Assembly: GCA_964639295.1 (NCBI GenBank)
Contig: CAZXDT010000003.1
Location: 1,304-65,303 of the forward strand
Source: an uncultured Candidatus Saccharibacteria bacterium
GTDB taxonomy: Bacteria > Patescibacteriota > Saccharimonadia > Saccharimonadales > JALRHH01
DNA: 64,000 nucleotides
Direction: 5' to 3'
How positions within the stretch are numbered: the first letter of the stretch is position 1; each line of letters opens with the position of its first letter. The notes below the pieces were generated by a model. It had not been told where the DNA came from. It searched no databases and saw only the letters and a program-made list of their open reading frames with translations. A program made the position numbers and the translations under genes. Positions 54,830 to 62,235 of this stretch are shown here, piece by piece.

Positions 54830-54835
54830 GTAACC

Positions 54836-55387
54836 ATGAACGAATCAAACCAAAACACCCCACAAACAGCTGAAACAGATCAAACAACTGTAGAAGCATC
54901 AAAAAACAATAAATTTAGGAAAGCCCTTACCGCTGCAGCATCAGTAGTTGCATTGACCGGCTTAGTAGGTGGCGCAGCACTTGTCGAACAGTCAAACGAC
55001 ACTGCCTCACATGCAGTTAGCGAAAAGCCAGCTCCAGCAAACCCAGAAGTTACAGCGCCTGAGAAGCAAGTAGTTGTTCCTGGTGAGACACTCACTGAAT
55101 TGCCTCAGCCGGTACAAGTAGAGTCAACACAGGATTCTAATGAACAGGTTCAAACACCTGCTGAAACCTCTGATGACAACAATGTTAAAGAGTCTAGAAT
55201 GCCAAGTGAACCAATGGTTACTGAACCTTCTGAACCGAAGATGCCAAGTGAACCAATGGTTACTGAGCCTACTACTCCTGAAGTCACACCAACGGATACC
55301 CCAACTGAATTTGTTTCAGATGGTGGTCCTACCGAAGGACCTACTGAGTTCGTATCTGATGGTGGTCCCGTAGAACCCAAGCAGTAA
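54836..55387 (+). CDS. Membrane-anchored Pro/Thr/Glu-rich protein with tandem peptide repeats
   Basis: TM segment (ALTAAASVVALTGLVGGAAL). Repeats MPSEPMVTEP x2 and PTEFVSDGGP x2. Confidence 0.7.
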   Translation: MNESNQNTPQTAETDQTTVEASKNNKFRKALTAAASVVALTGLVGGAALVEQSNDTASHAVSEKPAPANPEVTAPEKQVVVPGETLTELPQPVQVESTQDSNEQVQTPAETSDDNNVKESRMPSEPMVTEPSEPKMPSEPMVTEPTTPEVTPTDTPTEFVSDGGPTEGPTEFVSDGGPVEPKQ

Positions 55388-55404
55388 ATTAGTTTTACAC
55401 TTCT

Positions 55405-55432
55405 AAACGACCAGCTTACGCTGGTCGTTTTT
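55405..55432 (+). terminator. Hairpin terminator (bidirectional form)
   Basis: AAACGACCAGC-ttac-GCTGGTCGTTT followed by TT. Confidence 0.75.
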
Positions 55433-55523
55433 GGTACACCGGGCTGGGTAGTGCACATCTTTAGCCATGCTCGGTGCGAGCACCTGCGCGTGGCTTTGAT
55501 GACCGAACCATGGATCGAGTCCA
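55432..55523 (-). other. E3: degenerate second copy of the tRNA-Arg 3' part
   Basis: Contains GGACTCGA. CAGGTGCTCGCA resembles tRNA CAGGTGTCGCA. It ends CCGGTGTACCA, versus CCGGGTGTACCA in the tRNA. Confidence 0.45.
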
Positions 55524-55545
55524 GGCTCGATAAATCGAGTTGAAA

Positions 55546-55573
55546 TTAAAACCGCCCCCTTAGGAAGCGGCTT
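55546..55573 (-). terminator. tRNA-Arg terminator
   Basis: GCCGC...GCGGT stem followed by TTTTAATTT on the - strand. Confidence 0.6.
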
Positions 55574-55583
55574 AAATTTCACC

Positions 55584-55660
55584 TGGTACACCCGGCAAGA
55601 TTCGAACTTGCGACACCTGGTTCCGAAGACCAGTGCTCTAATCCACTGAGCTACGGGTGC
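55584..55660 (-). tRNA. tRNA-Arg(UCG), CCA encoded
   Basis: Manual cloverleaf: GCACCCG acceptor stem, anticodon loop CTTCGGA, T-arm GCAAGTTCGAATCTTGC. Confidence 0.95.
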
Positions 55661-55714
55661 TTGAAAGCCTTTACAGATTACCATATCTGTTAATAACAGA
55701 ATAGGCTGGTTGTT

Positions 55715-56317
55715 CTACGTCTGGTCGGATTTTTTGGTGTCTTTTTTGATTTGTTCTGGGGCTGGGAGTGATTTTGGAGTTGATCCGGCTTCTTGCTGGG
55801 CCATGGTCTTCTCTAAAATTTCTAATACGCTTTTGGCGTGATCGTGGCTCATGCCGAGGCGTGATACGACAAGTGGCTGATTGTTAGGGCCACCTGTTTG
55901 CATAAAGTTCATGACCACACCGTGTTCGTTAACAATCACGTGTGCCATATCGGTGTAAACAATACGAGCATCAACCGGCATAACCATAACAGCGTTTTTA
56001 ACTGCACCCATTGCATCGGCACTCATGCTGATAGTACCGGTGTCAGATTGGTCGTAACCGGCTAGCTCCCAGAGTTTGGTTGCGTCGTCTTCTTTAATGG
56101 CAAAGTGGCTAATGAGGAGCAGTAGGATATCTTCGGCTGGACGGGTCATCCCCTGCTCGATTGCAGACAGATCAGTAGTATCAATCTCTACACTTCCAGC
56201 AACCTCGGCGAGGCTCTCGCGCAAAGATTCACGCATGCCACGTATTCGTGCACCGAGTGTTTTATATGGAAATTCCTGGTTTGTGTCTGCCATCTCTGTA
56301 ACCATGGTACGCTCCAA
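55715..56317 (-). CDS. XRE-type HTH protein with a DUF3467-like C-terminal domain
   Basis: N-terminal HTH-like LGARIRGMRESLRESLAEVAG. C-terminal DARIVYTDMAHVIVNEHGVVMNF. The family guess is from memory. Confidence 0.65.
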   Translation of the reverse strand: MERTMVTEMADTNQEFPYKTLGARIRGMRESLRESLAEVAGSVEIDTTDLSAIEQGMTRPAEDILLLLISHFAIKEDDATKLWELAGYDQSDTGTISMSADAMGAVKNAVMVMPVDARIVYTDMAHVIVNEHGVVMNFMQTGGPNNQPLVVSRLGMSHDHAKSVLEILEKTMAQQEAGSTPKSLPAPEQIKKDTKKSDQT

Positions 56318-56358
56318 ACCCTAGCTAATCAACCCCCGAAAAGGATATACTTGAATCA

Positions 56359-57387
56359 ATGTTTATTTTAGAAAACGTACCACTCACCGGCTACTCCACT
56401 ATGCGACTTGGTGGCGTGGCTGCTTATGTGACGGATGTGAGTAATCGACACGATGTCGTTGAGGCTATTGCATGGGCGGAACAACGACAGCTACCAGTAA
56501 TGATGATTGGTGAAGGCAGTAACATTGTCTGGAAGGACGAGGGTTACCCGGGGCTCTTACTGATTAATAAGATAGAAGGTTTTGAGGTCACAGGAGAATA
56601 CGATACGGGGACCTACATCACTGCTGGGGCTGGTATGAACTGGGATAGCTTTGTCGCACAAACTGTCACCAAGGGTTTATCTGGCTTGGAATTTCTATCA
56701 CTTGTTCCCGGTACTGTTGGTGCAACACCCGTGCAGAACGTCGGAGCGTATGGCGCGGAGGTATCCAGTACAATCACTACGATTGAGGCTTATGATACCC
56801 AGACCAAAGGTTTCGTAACACTACGGGGTAGCGACTGTGAGTTTGGATACCGTACAAGTCGCTTTAAGACTACCGACAAGAATCGGTTCTTTATAACTGG
56901 GGTGACATTCTTCCTCCAGAAAACCACTCCGCAACCACCGTTCTACGGAGCACTACAGACGTACTTCGACCAAAACAATATTACAGAAATTAGTATCCAA
57001 ACGATTCGTGATGCGGTAATTGCTATTCGCTCTGCAAAACTACCTGACCCTGCGCAAGTTGCTAATAACGGATCCTTCTTCGCTAACCCGATTATTGATC
57101 AGGGCGCCTTTGCACAACTATCTGCCGACTTCCCTGATGTGCCTCACTGGGCAATCGAGAACGACATGGTCAAGATTTCTGCGGCTTGGCTTATCGAACA
57201 AGCTGGTTTTAAAGACTTCCACGACCAAGAAACTGGCATGGGAACCTGGCCAAAACAGCCCTTAGTGCTCGTAAACGAACATGCTGAATCAACCGCTCAG
57301 CTACTCGCCTTCAAGCAAAAGATTCTCGATGCTGTCAGTAGCAAATTCAACATAACCCTTGTACAAGAACCAGAACTGCTGCCATGA
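56359..57387 (+). CDS. murB: UDP-N-acetylenolpyruvoylglucosamine reductase
   Basis: FAD-binding GEGSN motif and a MurB C-terminal pattern (GSFFANP, SAAWLIE). Confidence 0.9.
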   Translation: MFILENVPLTGYSTMRLGGVAAYVTDVSNRHDVVEAIAWAEQRQLPVMMIGEGSNIVWKDEGYPGLLLINKIEGFEVTGEYDTGTYITAGAGMNWDSFVAQTVTKGLSGLEFLSLVPGTVGATPVQNVGAYGAEVSSTITTIEAYDTQTKGFVTLRGSDCEFGYRTSRFKTTDKNRFFITGVTFFLQKTTPQPPFYGALQTYFDQNNITEISIQTIRDAVIAIRSAKLPDPAQVANNGSFFANPIIDQGAFAQLSADFPDVPHWAIENDMVKISAAWLIEQAGFKDFHDQETGMGTWPKQPLVLVNEHAESTAQLLAFKQKILDAVSSKFNITLVQEPELLP

Positions 57388-57773
57388 GTGCCGGGTATTC
57401 CGAAACACCGCTCTTGAAGAAATTGGGGTTCGAGATAGGTGACACAGTATACGTCGAAGATACTCCAGTGTGGTATTCGAAACTGCTCAGTGAAAATGAC
57501 ATTGAGCTTGAAGCAGGGTTACCTGCAACGCATGTACACTTATTTTGCGATACTAAGTCGACCCTTATAAACTTCCTCGATAACTATAATGTAGAAGAAC
57601 TTGAAAAGTCACTGTGGGTCAGTTGGCCAAAGAAAGCTTCGGGAATTAAAACCGACGTAACAGAGCAAGATTTGCGTGACTACATACTGCCGCTTGGTTG
57701 GGTAGACACAAAAGTGGCTGCAATCGATGAAACTTGGTCCGGCCTCAAATTCCTCCGCCGTAAGGTCGGCTAA
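57384..57773 (+). CDS. Hypothetical protein (129 aa)
   Basis: ORF translationally coupled to murB by a 4-nt overlap. Confidence 0.65.
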   Translation: MSAGYSETPLLKKLGFEIGDTVYVEDTPVWYSKLLSENDIELEAGLPATHVHLFCDTKSTLINFLDNYNVEELEKSLWVSWPKKASGIKTDVTEQDLRDYILPLGWVDTKVAAIDETWSGLKFLRRKVG

Positions 57774-58219
57774 TAGTTGGCTTCTGAATAGACATTGCCG
57801 GCTAGGATTTGCACAAGTGCATGTTTCACTTCAGGCACTACATTGTCAGGCAATGAATCTTTGGGTAGCCAACTGAGCTCATCGCATTTATCAAGCTCCA
57901 TGTTTTTTGGAATACCGGAGTATTTATCAACGATAAAGAAAAGTGAAACACGTTCATGATCCCCTTCGATTGACCGATATACCATGCAATGAGCCAAGCG
58001 CAGATCTTTAGGGTCTATATCAAGGTCAATTTCTTCCTTAGCTTCTCTTACAGCTGTAAAGGTAGGTGCCTCATTGCCATCAAGGTGACCAGCTGGAAAA
58101 CTGTAATTGCCGTCCTGGTAGCCAGTGTTGGCACGCCGCATGAGTAAATACTTGTCATCACGTTCAACTATAAGATACACGGCCGGTACTATTTTGTGCC
58201 TATCTTGCCAACGTGTCAT
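57770..58219 (-). CDS. NUDIX hydrolase
   Basis: Nudix box GHLDGNEAPTFTAVREAKEEIDL. Confidence 0.85.
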   Translation of the reverse strand: MTRWQDRHKIVPAVYLIVERDDKYLLMRRANTGYQDGNYSFPAGHLDGNEAPTFTAVREAKEEIDLDIDPKDLRLAHCMVYRSIEGDHERVSLFFIVDKYSGIPKNMELDKCDELSWLPKDSLPDNVVPEVKHALVQILAGNVYSEANY

Positions 58220-59496
58220 TTTGTATCGCTTGGGAGGGGGAATTTTTGGCAGAAGGCGGTTACTTCTGCGTGAAGTTTCTCGAGTGTTTCTGGATTATCA
58301 CGGTTGTCTATGGCTTGTTTCATCCATTCGGCAATCTGTTCCATGTGCTCTTCCTTGAGTCCTCGAGTGGTAATGGCTGGTGTGCCGAGGCGAATACCAC
58401 TGGGACGGAACGGTGGCAACGGGTCATCGGCTACGGCGTTCTTGTTGAGTGTGAGCCCAACGTCATCGAGTGCTGATTCTGCGACATTGCCATCAATACC
58501 AAAGCTCTTATAAACGTCAGCCAGAATCAGGTGGTTACTTGTACCACCGGTGACGAGTTGGAAACCGCGTGTTTGGAGTGCATCTGCTAGAGCCGCTGAG
58601 TTTTTGACTATCTGCTGCGCGTACTCCTTGAATGAAGGCTCAAGCGCCTCGCCAAAAGCTACGGCTTTAGCAGCGATCGCATGCATGTGCGGACCGCCCT
58701 GCATACCTGGAAAGATAGAACGATCAATAAGCGTTGGGATGTTTTCCAGTGTTTTCTCTGGAGCTTTGAGTGGGTTGCCAACGATTCCCTTGCTCAATAT
58801 CAAACCACCACGGGGGCCACGCAACGTCTTATGTGTCGTCGTTGTGATAACATGGAATCCGTAATCGAAGGGATTCTTGGCCACGCCGCCAGCAATCAGA
58901 CCAGCGATGTGGGCCATATCGGCCATAAGCAGTGCGCCTACTTCGTTGCCGATCTCTGCAAACTTGGCGTAGTCCAGTTCACGTGGGTAAGCACTGAAAC
59001 CTGCGAGGATGATCTTGGGCTTGTGCTCGATCGCCAGTTCACGAAGTTCGTCGTAATCAATCTCCCCTGTTTCTGGGTCTTTCATTTTGTAGCGTATAAA
59101 GTTGTACAACTTAGCACTGCGAGTAACTGGCGCACCGTGCGTAAGGTGGCCACCATGACTCAAATCCATTGCAAGTACAGTGTCACCGGGCTCTAGCCAG
59201 GCGCTATACACTGCCTCGTTAGCTGGTGCGCCAGAGTGTGGCTGCACGTTTGCGTGATCTGCTTTGAACAGTTGTTTAGCACGGTCAATTGCCAACTGCT
59301 CTACTTGGTCGGTGTATTCCTGGCCACCGTAGTAGCGCTTGCCTGGATAACCTTCTGAATATTTGTTAGTAAATACACTGCCAAGTGCATCTAATACGTC
59401 ACGGCTGACGTAATTTTCTGATGGAATAAGTTCCAGCCCATCGCGCTGGCGCTGCTCTTCACCCTTAATATATTTCTCTACAATTGTGTCTTTCAT
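58216..59496 (-). CDS. glyA: Serine hydroxymethyltransferase
   Basis: TTTTHKTLRGPRGG PLP-lysine motif. Confidence 0.95.
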   Translation of the reverse strand: MKDTIVEKYIKGEEQRQRDGLELIPSENYVSRDVLDALGSVFTNKYSEGYPGKRYYGGQEYTDQVEQLAIDRAKQLFKADHANVQPHSGAPANEAVYSAWLEPGDTVLAMDLSHGGHLTHGAPVTRSAKLYNFIRYKMKDPETGEIDYDELRELAIEHKPKIILAGFSAYPRELDYAKFAEIGNEVGALLMADMAHIAGLIAGGVAKNPFDYGFHVITTTTHKTLRGPRGGLILSKGIVGNPLKAPEKTLENIPTLIDRSIFPGMQGGPHMHAIAAKAVAFGEALEPSFKEYAQQIVKNSAALADALQTRGFQLVTGGTSNHLILADVYKSFGIDGNVAESALDDVGLTLNKNAVADDPLPPFRPSGIRLGTPAITTRGLKEEHMEQIAEWMKQAIDNRDNPETLEKLHAEVTAFCQKFPLPSDTK

Positions 59497-59623
59497 ATCA
59501 AAACTCCCTCATTAGCTACGTATTTTGTGTGGTTGAGAGATAAGTAGCTAGATCATGTTCCTATATTACAGTGGATAACTAAATTGACAAAGTCATTGAT
59601 TCCTATATCACAGGGAGTATAAT

Positions 59624-61153
59624 ATGGGCATTATGTCAGATACAAACGAGAAAATTGGTCACCTTATTTATCAAGTACGACAAGAACGCGGTATGACGCA
59701 AGCAGAGTTTGCACGCAAGCTCGGTACCAGTCAATCAGCCGTTAACCGTATAGAACACGGCAAACAGAATCTCAGCCTTGAGACACTCGGCCGCATCAGT
59801 GATGTACTGAAGAAGCCCTTGATTACCCTTGGCACCAACGCGATGAACTTCAAAATTGAAGGTGGCCATGAACTCAGTGGGACTATCCAAACAAATGTAT
59901 CCAAGAACGCTGCGGTTTGTCTCTTATTTGCTGCCCTACTCAATAAAGGAACAACGCGGTTCAAACGTATGCCTCGCATTGAAGAGGTCTACCGAATTAT
60001 CGAAGTGCTGACGAGTATTGGTGTCGGTGTTAAATGGCTACCTGGTAATGATTTAGAGATTAAACCCCCTGCTGAAATCAACATGAGCAAGATGGACAAT
60101 GTCGCTGCACGTAAAACCCGCAGTGTCATTATGATGCTTGGCCCACTCATGCACCTGTTTGACGATTTCCGGATCCCATACGCTGGTGGCTGTAAGCTTG
60201 GTACTCGTACCGTTCAGCCGCACCTGTTTGCTCTTGAGGAATTTGGCGTTGATATCATCGCCAAGACCGGCTTCTACCAGGTTAATGTAACCAAGAAGCA
60301 GCCAGAAGAGATTGTGCTGTACGAATCTGGTGACACCACTACAGAAAACGTCATTATGGCTGCTGCCAAATTTGACGGCGAAGTAACTATCAAGATGGCT
60401 AGTGCTAACTACATGGTCCAAGACCTGTGTATCTTCCTTAAGAAACTTGGTGTCAAAATTGACGGTATTGGTACCAGCACACTCAAGATCCGTGGCGTAA
60501 AAGACATTAAGAAGAACGTTACGTATTCACCAAGCGAAGACCCTATTGAATCTATGACCTTCATTGCTGCTGCAGTTGCTACCAACTCAAAGCTCACTAT
60601 TTCTCGCTCACCGATTGAATTCCTGGAGCTAGAACTCCTTAAGCTCAAGAAAATGGGACTCAAAGTTGATGTATCGGAAAAGTACAAAGCCGATAACGGA
60701 CACACTGATCTTGCGGACATTACCGTCCATAAACACAACGGCGAACTACGTGCGCTAGAAGAAAAGATCTATGCTCGTCCCTTCCCTGGGCTTAATATCG
60801 ATAACCTGCCACTATTTGTACCAATTGCCGCAGTCGCTAAAGGCCGCACATTGATCCATGACTGGGTCTATGAAGAACGCGCGCTGTACTACACAGAAAT
60901 GCGTAAACTAAACGTCAACGTCACCTTAGCCGATCCACACCGTGCATACATTGACGGGCCAACCAAGTGGAGTGCAGCTGATGTCGTCTGCCCACCTGCA
61001 CTGCGCCCAGCAATGCTGCTTCTTATTGGTATGTTGGCTGCAAATGGTGACTCTGTGCTACGTAACGTCTACTCCATTAACCGTGGATATGAAGATTTTG
61101 CAGAACGACTCAGTAGTGTCGGGGCGCATATCTCCCTAATGCACGAGATTTAG
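59624..61153 (+). CDS. murA: XRE-HTH domain fused to UDP-GlcNAc 1-carboxyvinyltransferase
   Basis: Residues ~10-65 form an HTH (RGMTQAEFARKLGTSQSAVNRIEHGKQN). The rest is MurA-like (SKNAAVCLLFAALL; active-site loop GGCKLGTRTV). The start may be ATG 59633. Confidence 0.9.
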   Translation: MGIMSDTNEKIGHLIYQVRQERGMTQAEFARKLGTSQSAVNRIEHGKQNLSLETLGRISDVLKKPLITLGTNAMNFKIEGGHELSGTIQTNVSKNAAVCLLFAALLNKGTTRFKRMPRIEEVYRIIEVLTSIGVGVKWLPGNDLEIKPPAEINMSKMDNVAARKTRSVIMMLGPLMHLFDDFRIPYAGGCKLGTRTVQPHLFALEEFGVDIIAKTGFYQVNVTKKQPEEIVLYESGDTTTENVIMAAAKFDGEVTIKMASANYMVQDLCIFLKKLGVKIDGIGTSTLKIRGVKDIKKNVTYSPSEDPIESMTFIAAAVATNSKLTISRSPIEFLELELLKLKKMGLKVDVSEKYKADNGHTDLADITVHKHNGELRALEEKIYARPFPGLNIDNLPLFVPIAAVAKGRTLIHDWVYEERALYYTEMRKLNVNVTLADPHRAYIDGPTKWSAADVVCPPALRPAMLLLIGMLAANGDSVLRNVYSINRGYEDFAERLSSVGAHISLMHEI

Positions 61154-61160
61154 CCAGCTT

Positions 61161-61309
61161 TCACACTTGAGCCAATTTGGATTTTGTTCTGCGAAACGTA
61201 AAGGAGCCGTACTAAGGTACGGTGACTGCGTCACGTAAAGAGGAAAATTCGAAGGGGCCAAGAGGCCAGCGGATGGCGAGCTCCGCTCGACAGCAGGCTG
61301 GCTGGTATG
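61161..61309 (+). ncRNA. Family-1 structured intergenic element, copy D
   Basis: TCACAC...GTATGA closing stem; GCGAAACGT/GCGTCACGT stem; GCCGTAC-taag-GTACGGT hairpin; GGCCAGC..CGAGC-tcc-GCTCG..GCTGGCT. Confidence 0.6.
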
Positions 61310-61436
61310 AATGCTGGCTAACGTAGAAGATCTTCTAGGTGAGACTTGTAGCCTGTCTTTAGATACATAATGTAGCTCAACGCTATAACAATGAGTGTCA
61401 CTAATATGACTGTTCGTTGCCATTCTTTGAGGTTTT

Positions 61437-62030
61437 TCATGGGCGAACCTCTGCAAGTTTAGCTGTAATTACTAACCTATCTTTTGCGGACCATAATGGA
61501 GTACATGTGTAGATCGTTAGTGTTGGATCTGCTGTTTGAGCTATGAGTGATGTATCTGTTGGGGGTACTTGGTTAACACCAGTTACCAAATAATCGTATC
61601 GTTTGCCCTGCCAATATAATGTCATTTCATCACCGGTATGTACTTTATCGAGGTAATAAAAAACTGCTTTGCCACTATAAGTGAATCGGTGCCCTGCCAT
61701 AATTGTGTTACCACCAATAATTGGCGTGCTGTTATCTGGTAGGTGCCATATACCTTTGTTAAGAGTGTGTTGATCTGGTCCATCAAACACCTCCTCTCGC
61801 ATATTGAGTACTGGAATGACCAATGTGTTTTGTTGAGGGATCGGGGCATTTACAGCAACACTGGTTGGAGCTTTATGTGAAATCACGGGCGCCTCATATC
61901 GCGTCCACCAGGTTAATGCAGGTAAAAATGGCCATGCAAGAATATACAACGCCAAAACAATAACTACTACTGCTAAACCATTATTAAGGCGACGATGGGT
62001 AATAATGCCATGCATGTACCTATTGTACAT
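61437..62030 (-). CDS. Sortase-family transpeptidase
   Basis: N-terminal TM; catalytic His context (MAGHRF); TLxTC-type motif LTIYTCTP; downstream Arg. Confidence 0.85.
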   Translation of the reverse strand: MYNRYMHGIITHRRLNNGLAVVVIVLALYILAWPFLPALTWWTRYEAPVISHKAPTSVAVNAPIPQQNTLVIPVLNMREEVFDGPDQHTLNKGIWHLPDNSTPIIGGNTIMAGHRFTYSGKAVFYYLDKVHTGDEMTLYWQGKRYDYLVTGVNQVPPTDTSLIAQTADPTLTIYTCTPLWSAKDRLVITAKLAEVRP

Positions 62031-62235
62031 AACTTATTTCCAAGATTTGTATGTAATCTGGATTACATAAAACTCTTGCATATTGTTAAGTAACGTTGGA
62101 TAATGTATTAAGAACAAAGAGCATCAAATGAGCGGTTGGGGTTTTATGGCATCCATTTAAGCAACGCTTAGAATGCCTTACTACTCAAGAGGACAACTCG
62201 CTTACCTCACAAATCTAATCCAAGGGGAGGTCCAT

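Noticed and set aside
61161-61309. Family-1 as SRP RNA (the internal loop GGG / GCAG flanking a hairpin resembles SRP helix 8).
   Set aside because: It is present in five copies. The apical loops are variable (tcc, ca) instead of a conserved GNRA. The apical stems are not conserved in sequence.
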